A stretch of 18,333 nt of DNA from Octopus sinensis (GCF_006345805.1 NW_021824537.1:1-18333); one strand, 5' to 3'. Shown: positions 1-11,139, numbered from the stretch's first letter. Program-made: numbers and translations. Notes: a model not told the origin generated them from the sequence alone.

Positions 1-557
1 AACAAGCAAGAAAGAACAACAACGAGAGGACGTGGAATAAGTAGTGTTATTGGACGCCCAGGAGAGGAAAGAAATGAAAGGGGATTTCACGTTACCAGCG
101 ATGCTCTTCACCAGAAATATAGAAAAAGTCCAAAGATGGGAAGACGGAGAAAGAAAATCGCCAACGATACAGACGCCGTCACATATTGAAATGACCGGAA
201 AGGAATGTGTGAACGTATATCTATGTATCTATTCTACTCTATATGCTTCCAAGCCATACTCGCTTTGTAAGAACCAGTTGCTTGTAATTTGTATTGTTGA
301 AAATCCTAGACACGACAGTTTCATAGACTATAATTTATTACGATAACGTGTGCTTAATAGCATATTTCTGCTGAAATGGAGATTGTTCTAACTACTTACA
401 GCAAACTGCATCATATAGTTTTCTTTACAATATTTCACATCTTGTAAAATTTTAAACAAGCCATCAAGATGTAGAGCGCCAAAGATTACAGCCATTTGAT
501 ATCGGAATGAAATGAGTAAAAAACAGTAAATGAGTTGTATATTTACGTATACATATA

Positions 558-593
<36 letters not shown>

Positions 594-602
594 TAAAATA
601 AT
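558..602. repeat. (AAT)n microsatellite
   Basis: Direct inspection. Confidence 0.95.
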
Positions 603-1012
603 AATATATATATATATATATTATATAAGTTGTTTAGACAAAATCTAATATTATGGCATATGTTTAAGTTAATATAGCAGTGTGAAAGATATAAATTCTG
701 GCATAAATGCGTAAGGAACACTAAAGATGTCATGTCAATTGGTATAAAAACTAATATTGTTATTGTGTAGCTTTTACAATATAACTTGATAAATATGCTC
801 CAAGGAACTCTGTAATAAAATTGTAAATATGGCGATGCGGCGGGGCCAATAGATTGCTGATATCCTTCCATTAGCGGTCAAATGTCGTTATTGTAAGACA
901 CTATTTACTTAGAGTACTTATATAGAATGAGTGATTAAATATATTTAATGACATGTCTCATGATATTGGTTCATTATGAAGTTAAATGAGAATGAAATAA
1001 ATCATCTTATGA

Positions 1013-1083
1013 ATGTATGTATGTATGTATGATGTATGTATGTATGTATGTATGTATGGATGGATGATGGATGGATGGATGGA
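1013..1083. repeat. (TATG)n/(GATG)n microsatellite
   Basis: Direct inspection. Confidence 0.95.
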
Positions 1084-1162
1084 TAATATATTGGGCGAAC
1101 CGGTCTCTCGAAAGATATGAATCGATCAAAATAAAATTTATCATTAATCTCTATAATATGCG

Positions 1163-1258
1163 TGGGAGCTGGCAGAATCGCTAGCACGTGAGATAGAATG
1201 TCTGGTGGCTGTTTAAGTTCCCGAGTTCAAATTCTGCTAAGTTCAACTTACCCTTCGT
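1163..1258 (+). mobile_element. SINE family C head fragment
   Basis: GAGCTGGCAGAATCGCTAGCAC (A-box-like) and GAGTTCAAATTC (B-box-like); similar to 7405-7480. Confidence 0.55.
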
Positions 1259-1525
1259 TGTTTTGGTGTCGACAAACTAAATACCAATATATATGCATAT
1301 ATTTTTATTTATCACATTATTGTCTGACAGCGCCTCGCGTCAGGTTCGTTCCGATTCGTCGTTTCGTTCCACCTCTTGGTTCCTGTTATTTTTATATTAT
1401 TATTATATTTAAGACGCGGAATTCTCTCCCTTTGCTTTACCCTCTCCACTCTCTCTCCCTCCCACTCCTCCTCTCTCTCTCAGCCGCGTGTCCCCCTCCT
1501 CCTTCCTTCTTCCTTACTGCCAGCC

Positions 1526-1533
1526 TATAAAAA
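1526..1533 (+). promoter_or_regulatory. Possible TATA box after a polypyrimidine tract
   Basis: CCTATAAAAA directly follows a ~90-bp C/T tract (1424-1516). No downstream gene identified. Confidence 0.25.
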
Positions 1534-1834
1534 CTTCTTTTACACGTTGCTCCTACTACTGAAAAGACTGCCTTCCACGCGCTGCCACAGTATCCTTCGT
1601 CTATGCCAGAAAAAAAAGGCTTTTTCGTTCGTCCTCTTGTGTGTTTGATTTCCTGTATCGTATTCTCTTTTTATTTTCTCGTTTTGTATTTATTTGTATT
1701 TTTTGTACATGTATTTTTATTTTTGCAGTTTTATTTTTACGTCCTGTTCGTGTTCGTACTCATTTTGCCCCGCTGCTTGGAATTTTATTTTAATTCTCTC
1801 GCAGGAAGGCCTAGTGGATTAGTGTTGTGTCTTT

Positions 1835-1985
1835 GCCTTCGAAACATGCGTGAGTCTACTAGAGACAGCTGATGACGGGGTTTTTTTCCTTGTGTAGCAC
1901 GTCCTGTAACTGTTTTTTTTGTCTTCTTGGTTTTTGTTTTTTTTGTTTTTCTCGTTTCTACGTCTTATTGTGGTGTCCTGTACTC
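1835..1985 (+). repeat. Dispersed repeat shared with 16130-16300 (opposite strand)
   Basis: TTCGAAAC..GCG.GAGT..GACA.CTGATGA.GGG followed by a T-rich TTTCTCGTTT..GTCC tract in both copies. Confidence 0.55.
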
Positions 1986-2004
1986 ACGTATAATTATTTA
2001 TATA

Positions 2005-2073
2005 TGCATGTATATATACATGTAGATGTAGGTACGTACATATATGTTTGTATGTATGCATATATTTTTATTT

Positions 2074-2118
<45 letters not shown>

Positions 2119-2232
2119 ATATGTACGTATGTATGTATGTATGTATGTACGTATGTACGTATGTATGTATGTATGTATGTATGTATGTACGTATGTATGT
2201 ATGTATGTATGAATGTATGTATGCATGTCTTT
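2005..2232. repeat. Compound (TA)n/(TATG)n microsatellite
   Basis: Direct inspection; source of spurious MYVC/YIYI ORFs. Confidence 0.95.
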
Positions 2233-2233
2233 A

Positions 2234-2452
2234 TGTGTGTGTCTTTGTATCTATGTTTCCCCCACCCACCAACACTTGACAACCGATCTTGGTGTGTTTA
2301 TGTCCCCTTAACGTTAGAATAAGTAGTAAGCTTACAAAGACTATGTCATGGGGGTCGGTTTCTGCGACGAAAAACAAGCAAAAAAAGAAAATTAAGGCGT
2401 CGCTCCAGCATGGCCGCAGTCAAATGACTGAAACAAGTAAAAGATTAAAAGA
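2234..2452 (+). mobile_element. SINE family B, 3' fragment
   Basis: CTTGACAACCGAT..GGTGTGTTTATGTCCCC and CTCCAGCATGGCCGCAGTCAAATGACTGAAACAAG match 17850-18015. Confidence 0.85.
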
Positions 2453-3431
2453 ACATGAAAATGGACAAGTATCATTTAAATCGGCAAATGAAGAGATAGT
2501 ATAGGATGTAAGAGCAGGTGGAAATACATAATTGAAGTTGGAGAATGTTCATGACACTTACTATAAGGCCAGACATCCACTAACACTGCTATTAATATAG
2601 TAGGCGTCTGAAATATGAAAAATGGCGTGTGTTTAAATATGTGTTATATTTACAAACGTACATACATACATACATGCATACATACATATATACTTATAGA
2701 TAATGCGTTCCAAAAATATATATACATACACATAATTATTATCGATGAATGTTGTCTTTTTTTTTTTTTTGAATTTTCAAATATATTCCATTTCCACAAT
2801 TTGATAGAATCTGCGTGTAGTATTTAATTAATTTTTGAACTTAAGTTTTTTAAGTTGGTGGTTGTTATGGTCAGAGCACTTTTGGTGACACGAAGCAATG
2901 AGATAGAAAATATTAAGAAATATTTTACTTGGAATTTGTGCGAATTCCTGTTCAGTGACTGCCCTCAATTCAGCCAATGTTACCTGGTTTAAACCGTGAT
3001 ATTCATGTTTGAAGTAACCCCTTTTGGACTGAGGTCCGGGGAACGCGGAGGTTTTCTTAAGGAAGGCTTAGCTTAATCCACCTATCTGGAAAAATCTCAT
3101 CGACTTAGGCCCTTACATTACTACAGTAGAATGGTGATGCCTCATGTTGCTGCAAATACAACGCAACATTTTCAAACTCCTCTTGAATGGTTCGCATGGC
3201 AGACTGTCGCAACAAGTTCAAATAAATGGGACCATTCACAGTAGCATAAAATGGCCGAATTAACCCAAACGCTTTTGCTGATAAACAAGTGTAAAATAAA
3301 TATCTTGTTCCCTCGTAATCTGCCGATTGTCAGTATCTGCAATCATCAGTATGCGCAGTTGTGGCGGGTGTTTTAAATCAAATGTAGGTTCATCGCTGTT
3401 GGGTAAGGGTGATTAGGTGATGGTCTAGGGC

Positions 3432-3588
3432 TTAGGGGTGGGAGACCCCAGACCTTGGGAAAAAAAACTTTGGTCGTTTTGTTGTAGTCGAGGGTTCTTC
3501 GTTGACGCCCGACACCACTGGGAGGTGGCCCTCGAAGTCGCTGGAAATGGAGATCTCCAGGTCCAAATTCTTGAACGGCGTCTCATCG
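3432..3588 (-). CDS. Candidate coding exon of an unidentified gene
   Basis: After TTGTTTCAAG (AG at 3590-3589) a phase-2 frame reads DETPFKNLDLEISISSDFEGHLPVVSGVNEEPSTTTKRPKFFFPRSGVSHP* (stop 3434-3432). Third codon positions are strongly G/C in the first ~33 codons against an AT-rich background. No homolog recognised. Confidence 0.35.
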
Positions 3589-4019
3589 CTTGAAACAATT
3601 TATATTGGAAAATGTGCATTTTCTCTACACCTTATCAAGTACCGCCCACAAAACTGCACTCTTCGGAACAGATCCTCTGCATTGAGGGCACGGACTCTTC
3701 TTGAGACGTAAATTTTCCACTAACGACGCTTCAAAATGTGATAAGTGCTTGATATTGAAATAGCAAAACAAAATTTAAGAGAAGCGAAACAGTAAGACAT
3801 CGATTGAAAGATCGTTTAATATTATTCACTATCTGTATTCTTATAATAAGCAAAGCTGTGACTGTAAACTTGAAAGGTAGGCATGGATTCTTTGACTTCA
3901 TCAAAGTGACAGTTTCTCAAAGCAACTAAGGCAAAACTTGGAAATATAACACACACACATATACATAAACACGCCGCATCCGCACGAACACAAGCACGCA
4001 AAGACGCACTCGTCCTCCT

Positions 4020-4039
4020 CATATGTATATATATATATG

Positions 4040-4083
<44 letters not shown>

Positions 4084-4197
4084 TAGTATATATATATATA
4101 TATAATATATATATTATATATAGCATATACATATAATATATGTACATATATATACATACATATGTATATATATACATATATACATACATATATATAC

Positions 4198-4270
<73 letters not shown>
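4020..4270. repeat. Interrupted (TA)n microsatellite
   Basis: Direct inspection. Confidence 0.95.
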
Positions 4271-4271
4271 A

Positions 4272-4412
4272 TTAGAAAAAATACAGCTTTTATCAATTCA
4301 AAATGAACAATTAAATTAACTTCAAAATATATATTATATATGTTGTGAAATTTGATTTAGTACTTCTAAATTGAATTTTTCCCTGTAAGTTAAGAATAAT
4401 ATTCCCTCAAAT
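4272..4412 (+). repeat. Short copy of the 15.57-15.98 kb AT-rich element lacking most of the palindrome
   Basis: 4272-4318 matches 15571-15615 (TTTTATCAATTCAAAATGAA). 4343-4411 matches ~15907-15980 (TTTGATTTAGTA.TTCTAAATTGAATT..TGTAAGTT..ATTCCCTCAA). Confidence 0.8.
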
Positions 4413-4462
4413 TATTACCTATATATATATAAATATCTCTGCGTTTCATAAGAAGTACATGT

Positions 4463-4660
4463 ACGTGCTGCTGCAACGTAAAAGGTAGCCGTGCTGGTCT
4501 CACGTAAATTGCACCCAGTACACTCTGTACACTGAGTGGCTTTAGGAAGGGTTTTCAGCCGCAGAATCGACTCCAGCAAGAGATAATTGGAGTCTGGTGC
4601 AGCTTCTCCTGCTTGCAAGCATGCAAAACGGAGTGTTAAATGTTATTGATGATGATGATG
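4463..4660 (+). mobile_element. Decayed retroposon 3' end with (GAT)n tail
   Basis: Ends GTTAAATGTTATTGATGATGATGATG. The preceding TTAGGAAGGG..TTGGAGTCTGGTGCAGC resembles a recalled abundant octopus repeat (not verified). Confidence 0.45.
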
Positions 4661-4717
4661 AGGAGGTGGACGTATATGTTTTTGCAATCGTTTTAGAATG
4701 TACGTATAACAGTAGCA

Positions 4718-5100
4718 GGAGGCGCAATGGCCCAGTGGTTAGGGCAGCGGACTTGCGGTCGTAGGATCGCGGTTTCGATTCCCAGACCGGGCGTTGTGAG
4801 TGTTTATTGAGTGAAAACACCTAAAGCTCCACGAGGCTCCGGCAGGAGGTGGTGGTGATCCCTGCTGTACTCTTTCGCTACAACTTTCTCTCACACTTAC
4901 TTCCTGTTTCTGTTGTACCTGTATTTCAAGGGGCCGGCCTTGTCACTCTCTGTGTCACGCTGAATATCCCCGAGAACTACGTTAAGGGTACACATGTCTG
5001 TGGAGTGCTCAGCCACTTACACGTTAATTTCACGAGCAGGCTGTTCCGTTGATTCGGATCAACCGAAACCCTCGTCGTCGTAACCGACGGAGTGCTTCCC
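4718..5100 (+). mobile_element. tRNA-derived SINE (family A), full length
   Basis: Pol III A box TGGCCCAGTGG 4728-38 and B-box-like GGTTTCGATTCC 4771-82. 11-bp target-site duplication ATAACAGTAGC at 4706-16 and 5101-11. Close copy in reverse at 7519-7905. Confidence 0.9.
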
Positions 5101-5570
5101 ATAACAGTAGCGGAGCTATACATTATTGGTAGCAATGTAATAATGAGAGCCGTATGGATATCGTTTTTTTACAGCCAGCGCTTCAACTCTTTCTAATCCA
5201 CTTAAGGAGATTACTGATAATGAACCATGTTAGGTTGTAGAAACTTTAAGCAAACCGTTGAAATTAATGTACACGTTTACATAAATCTTGTATAATACGT
5301 TGAAATCACAGTGAATGCATGTGCATTGTACATCCTGTATACACAAAATCCAATAAATCATTTATAATGACACAGAAATATAAATTCCAACGTGCATTGG
5401 ACAATGGTAGGCTGTTAAGAAATAGTGAAAGTGAAGTATAATAGAATTATGTCTTGTAATCAGTAAGATATGATGAGAAAGCATGAATAGTAATTAATCA
5501 AAATTAGGTATTAGTGCTCTGAAAGAGCATGTTGAAAGCTTAATAATGGATACAAAGATATTTAGCTAAT

Positions 5571-5610
<40 letters not shown>

Positions 5611-5749
5611 ATGAAGGAGGTTGTACGTAATATAAATCGAAATGGAAAAATTCTGTTGTCACTAGATGTGACTGAGGGTGCGTGTATACAAACACGCATA
5701 GATATACATACATACATACAAACATACATACATACATACATACACACAC

Positions 5750-5782
<33 letters not shown>

Positions 5783-6068
5783 CACACACACATACATACA
5801 TACATACATACATATATACATACACACATACACACATACATACATACATGCATCCATACATACACACACACATACATACATACATACACACATACATACA
5901 TACATACATACATACATACATACATACATACATACACACATACACACATACATACATACATGCATGCATACATTCACACACACACACATACATACATACA
6001 TACATGCATACATACAAACATACATACATACATACGTGTGTGTGATATGTGTATGTGTGAGTGTGTGT
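5571..6068. repeat. Compound (CA)n/(TA)n and (TACA)n microsatellite block, with a ~80-bp non-repetitive island
   Basis: Direct inspection; source of the HTYI/MYVC ORFs at 5562-6104. Confidence 0.95.
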
Positions 6069-7394
6069 GCGTTTGTTATTATTCATATATAATAAATCAT
6101 TCATCGGCGTATCTTGTATCGTCGTACCGCTTACAGTTACAGATGATATCTGATAATATATTGATGTTAAATGCTTTGAGCAGGAAGCAGAGAGAAGTTT
6201 GTGCGGGGTCGAAACATATGTCGTCAGTAATTATGACAAGCGAGCTTTTAATTGCACCAAAGCAACCCCCTATCCGTCTTCCATAAAATTAAACGTTTTG
6301 CTTTCATAAGTATTTATATCTGTCGTTGCTTCTTCGTTTATGTTCTAAGTATATATAGTAATGAAAAATGAAATCTTTATATATATATAGCTGAAATTGT
6401 CTGTGCATGGCAGGTTTGGTAGCCTTCAACTAACACTATCTCCTCCGAGACCCTGCGGCGCAAGTTGACCAAAATTGAGAGTATGATAGAAGATAGCTTG
6501 CTCTTCCTTCCGTAGAAGAAAAATTATTTACATTAAAAAGATGCATTTTTCTATGAAAATACCTATCTTTTACGATTTTTTCACTGCTGTGTCGCCATTT
6601 TTCGGTGTATTTCAACCAGAAAAATGTTCACCTATACAAAACAAATATAAAACTCTGAAACTACCTCCATTAGCTACCGACTTTCCATCGTTGGTTACAC
6701 GTTTATACTGTATATGTATGATTTATTTTATTGTATTTTACAGGTTTTATATATACATAATTGTATGTTAGGTTTTCTTGCGTCATATTTATTCCAAATC
6801 TGATTCTATAATTTATAGAATTTAGTAAAAGTAGACAGTACACTTTTATTAAACAATAGCTATTGAGATAATAATGCTGCCTCTAAATACTGTACCACCA
6901 GAAATTCTGTATTTGAATTTTAGATTATCTCAAATCATTATATAAAAACACACATTGTAACCAGCACTTGCAATTTCGATGGCTATAACTCTTGATAATA
7001 TCAATTTATGTAAATTTAAACTAGAATTCGAATAAATTAAGATAATTTATTTCATTCGAGTTTCAATTAATTACGAGTAAATACCATGAGATTTGTCACT
7101 TAATATCTACAATCACTTTCTGGTATATAAAAAGCCATTATAAATAAATAGCTTATTATAAATACTTTTACAGGCAAGAGGGCGATATTTAAGATTTATT
7201 AGATGAACTACATGGCCATTTTAACAATTTTATTGCACGGTCCCACAAGAGATATTTATCAAGTTTATACTATGTAATCAATATAATATGTGAGACGTTT
7301 TTTATCCCAATTGATATGACATATTTAGTGTGTGTTCTCAAAATTTTATTTTCCTCTCTGCGATAATAACTTTAAAATTATACGCGTGGCGTTT

Positions 7395-8000
7395 GTCGAG
7401 CCGCAGGCAGAATTGTTACCACGCCGAGCGAAATGCTTTGCGGCTTTTCGTCCATCTTTATGTTCAGAGTTGAAATTTTGCTGGTGCCGACATTGATTTT
7501 CATCCAATCGGGATAAATTTGGAAGCACTCGTCGGTTACGACGACGATGGTTCCGGTTGATCCGAATCAACGGAACAGCCTGCTTGTGAATTTAACGTGT
7601 AAGTGGCTGAGCACTCCACAGACACGTGTACCCTTAACATATTTCTCGGGGGAGATTCAGCGTGACACAGAGAGTGACAAGGCCGGCCCTTTGAAATACA
7701 GGTACAACAGAAACAGGAAGTAAGAGTGAGAGAAAGTTGTGGTGAAAGAGTACAGCAGGGATCACCACCATCCCCTGCCGGAGCCTCGTGGAGCTTTAGG
7801 TGTTTTCGCTCAATAAACACTCACAACGCCCGGTCTGGGAATCGAAACCGCGATCCTATGACCGCGAGTCCGCTGCCCTAACCACTGGGCCATTGCGCCT
7901 CCACTAATCGGGATAAATAAGGGCCAGTCGAATGGTGGCGTTCGATTTAATTGACTTAATCCCTCCCGGAAATTGCTAGCCTTGTGCCAAATTTGAAACC
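7395..8000 (+). mobile_element. Older SINE (family C) split by the family-A insertion (pieces ~7395-7518 and 7906-8000)
   Basis: Head GGCAGAATTGTTACCACG...GAGTTGAAATT matches 1169-1235 (GGCAGAATCGCTAGCACG...GAGTTCAAATT). The part after the TSD resembles the 3' half of a repeat I recall from octopus sequence. Confidence 0.65.
7519..7905 (-). mobile_element. tRNA-derived SINE (family A), full length, nested in another SINE
   Basis: Reverse complement of 4718-5100 along its length. 13-bp TSD AATCGGGATAAAT at 7506-18 and 7906-18. Confidence 0.92.
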
Positions 8001-8026
8001 GATCTATCTACAATTCCTTAAATATA

Positions 8027-8229
8027 CGACTGGGTGCTGAGAAGTTTCCGGCCTTGGATAAAAGAAAATAGAAGAGAATCAGTAATGATCTTATTCAAAA
8101 TATTCCTCTCAGATTCACAGCGGTCCCTCAGTATTTTTTCTAAGCCCTGTAAAAGAACTCGGTAGGTTGGGTCTCCAACGACACCTTTCGCGATATTCTC
8201 AAATTCAGGAACTTTTCAGCATTCCCTCG
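8027..8229. mobile_element. Tc1/mariner-derived MITE
   Basis: Degenerate TIRs CGACTGGGTGCTGAGAAGTTTCC and GGAACTTTTCAGCATTCCCTCG, each flanked by TA (8025-26, 8230-31). About 200 bp, non-coding. Confidence 0.7.
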
Positions 8230-8537
8230 TATATTTTCTGATTCGTTTACTCATTTTATTCAGATATTAAAGGGTTATTTTTCTTAACGCTTTAAAATTC
8301 AATCAAACGTTAACATGTCTTGATGACGTGAAATTCATTAACAAAAATTATTAATAGAAAAGAAATTCCTGCCACATTTTCTAAATCTCTTTGAATGGAT
8401 GTCTTTAGTACCTACTGGAAAATAAGAATAATATTTTTAAATCCTAATGCTCTTTTTTCTTTCTTTGACGAATTCTTTACAAAAAATTGATTCAAGTAAT
8501 ATGACTGTTACATTTTTAAAATAGGTTTAGAGGGAGC

Positions 8538-8681
8538 ATATTGTGTGAATCTAAAAGGGGGCTTTAGAAATGGAATCGGCGAGAAAATATTCTTACAGAT
8601 TATGGAAATGAAGGTTTAAATGTCCGGATATGACGACGGCGGTTTGCTCAGTTTCGCTCGGGAAATTTATTTCTGGAAGAT
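8538..8681 (+). pseudogene. Decayed mariner transposase N-terminal (HTH) fragment
   Basis: One frame reads ILCESKRGL*KWNRRENILTDYGNEGLNVRI*RRRFAQFRSGNLFLED, resembling mariner YEFKRG..AARNI..YG......QRWF..FRSG...LED. Two in-frame stops. Confidence 0.55.
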
Positions 8682-9282
8682 TCCACTGGATCCAAAGGAC
8701 AGTTCTGTCAATACGGAACTTCTGAAAATGCAATTCACGAAAGCAAACGACACGATAATTAAAATAAGCGGTTCAATTCAAGGATGAAATTCAATGTACA
8801 CCTCTGCGAGATTTGAACTCATAGCTCAGACAATCGGAACAAACGGTGTAAGCCAGTCTGTATAATTCCCTGAATTCTGACGATTCCGTCAATTCCAGTA
8901 GTCAGAAATCAATATTCATTTCCGACAATCGCACAATTACACGATACTTCTCAGTTAGATAATTCTATTAATCTTGCAGAAGCAGGAGTTGGAATTTTCT
9001 AATCAATTTTAACCTTCAGAGTCAAACGGACTAAAAATAGCCTCGTTTCCGAAAGTTGCAAGCACAAACACGCAATCAATTACATGCACACAATTAACAT
9101 CCCCCTAATTTATTACTAATGTCCCCCCTTTTCATTTGATCCTTCCAATACCACTTCATTTAATTCACAGCAAACAAACCCCCGTCCATATCTCTCAGAT
9201 TTCTTCTCTTCTAATTATTCTGTTCGTCTATCAACTAGCTCACCCAACCAACCACAGACCTAAACACGTTCATACATAATAC

Positions 9283-9396
9283 ATACTACATACATACATA
9301 CATACACACATATATATATATATTATACATACATATATATATGTATGTGTATATATATATATATATATATACATATTATTATATATATATATACTT

Positions 9397-9429
<33 letters not shown>

Positions 9430-9513
9430 GTACATATATATATATATATACATATATATACATACATATATTACATATATATATATATATGTATATAATA
9501 CATACAATACAAC

Positions 9514-9544
<31 letters not shown>

Positions 9545-9567
9545 TACATACATATAATATACATACA

Positions 9568-9614
<47 letters not shown>

Positions 9615-9650
9615 GTATATTATATACATACATACATACACACACACACC

Positions 9651-9683
<33 letters not shown>

Positions 9684-9687
9684 ACAT

Positions 9688-9774
<87 letters not shown>
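9283..9774. repeat. ~490-bp interrupted (TA)n/(CA)n microsatellite
   Basis: Direct inspection. Confidence 0.95.
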
Positions 9775-9775
<1 letters not shown>

Positions 9776-10170
9776 GAGGTCTGATTAGAAAGTCTTAGTA
9801 CGGTGCTATGGTAACGGAACTAAAGTAGAGAGAGTGAAACCGCATAGCACACATTGATCTTGAACTTTGTCGTGGATGCACGTTATGTTATAACCTCTCG
9901 GGTCACTACCGCTTCTTCAAGCAAAGCTTGGAAGTAAAACCTATAGAATACGGTCGTCGGACAGGACAGAACTGCATGCGTCCGGTGAGCAGCATCTCCC
10001 CCCATGACAGGCGCGCCTACCCATTCCTCACAGCTACAGCAGCAGATTTAGGCTAAACGCAACACCCACCATGTGCGACAATCGCCATTTTCCCCAGGTC
10101 TCGTCCCTTACGTCTACGCCGTCTTTCCAAAGATCAGATCTCACTTGAATGGGATGCGACGAGGCAGGCA
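9775..10170 (+). mobile_element. Internally deleted, decayed mariner-type DNA transposon
   Basis: TA followed by mariner-like TIR start CGAGGTCTGATTAGAAAGT at 9775. 10003-10160 translates (one frameshift) as HD..APTHSSQLQQQI*AKRNTHHVRQSPFSPGLVPYVYAVFPKIRSHLNG, resembling HDNAPAH...PYSPDLAP.D..LFPKLK. Right TIR not found. Confidence 0.65.
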
Positions 10171-10279
10171 GATGATCGCTATCACCAAAACAATAGTCTA
10201 GGAATGGTTCTGTCATGGAAACGTCACTGGACAAAATGAGCGGGTTCAGAAAGGAACAAGTTCATGTATAGATATATTT

Positions 10280-10325
10280 GTATATATATGTTTGCATGTG
10301 TGTATATACATATGTATAAACATAT

Positions 10326-10357
<32 letters not shown>

Positions 10358-10374
10358 GCACACACACACACCAC

Positions 10375-10414
<40 letters not shown>

Positions 10415-10584
10415 TACAAACTGGGACAAGAACGCAAAACATCCAGAAGACGATACAAAAAACACGGACGGGTCATTCAAAAACTTTAATCTTCAGTCAA
10501 GAACCGGATCATCCTCGCAATATCGGCTGATTAATCTTGAGATGCTCCAATCTGGCCAGCCCCAAGGAAAACTAAGCTAACAGC

Positions 10585-10630
<46 letters not shown>

Positions 10631-10640
10631 ATATATATTT
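10280..10640. repeat. (CA)n/(TA)n tracts flanking a ~175-bp non-microsatellite insert (10411-10586)
   Basis: Direct inspection. Confidence 0.85.
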
Positions 10641-10652
10641 ATAAAAAGGGAC

Positions 10653-10848
10653 AAAAGAAAAGAGATTTCTATGCCAATATGCTGAGAATAGACTTTAAAT
10701 CTTCAATCTCCACATTACAATATACATTCACCATGAATACACGTCGAGTTGAAATCGAAGAAGGCAAGCTAACAGAATGTATATGGTAATGTGGTGAGTG
10801 ACGAAAGTCTATTCTTGGCATATTGGCATAGAAATCTTTTTTTCTTTT
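10653..10848. repeat. Imperfect inverted repeat, ~75-bp arms, 45-nt spacer
   Basis: AGATTTCTATGCCAATATGC..GAATAGACTTT (10663-96) pairs with AAAGTCTATTC..GCATATTGGCATAGAAATCT (10804-37). CCACATTACAATATACATTC pairs with GAATGTATATGGTAATGTGG. Confidence 0.9.
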
Positions 10849-11007
10849 ATAATTTTCACCTTTAAAGGTATTTTAATATGTTGGCCACTTTGATGAAATT
10901 TCTTTTGGAAACAGAAATTTCATCCTATATTAGGAGTAAATTTATTAACATTTAGTTCGAAACGGGTAACATTTAATGCATGTCGCGGTTTATCTCCGTG
11001 TTAGATG

Positions 11008-11139
11008 GTGGTTCGGCAAAAGAAACCGCTAGAATAGGTGCCAGGTTTAACGTCATCGAATCCTTCAATTAAAATTCTTGAAGGCGTTGCCCCAGCATGG
11101 CCACAGTCCATTAACCGAGGCAAGTAAAAGACAGAAAGA
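11008..11139 (+). mobile_element. SINE family B-like 3' fragment, diverged
   Basis: GGTTCGGCAAAAGA..AGAATA and CCAGCATGGCCACAGTC..CAAGTAAAAGA match the 3' end of the 17623-18022 element. Confidence 0.65.

Noticed and set aside
1-346. Purine-rich open frames at the window start (supplied 44..346 and a frame-1 stretch ending ~189)
   Set aside because: No recognisable motif or splice context; openness is explained by GA-rich composition.
3628-3726. Minus-strand frame containing CPQCR (RING-like ending)
   Set aside because: No upstream RING Cys/His pattern in frame and no in-frame splice to the neighbouring candidate exon.
4718-4795. tRNA-like sequence with A and B boxes (also ~7830-7902, ~17245-17320, 17623-17695)
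   Set aside because: Each is the head of a longer repeat, most with a TSD, so they are SINE heads rather than tRNA genes.
6390-6530. Segment resembling a recalled octopus interspersed repeat
   Set aside because: Single copy in this window with no termini or TSD I can demonstrate; recall alone is insufficient.
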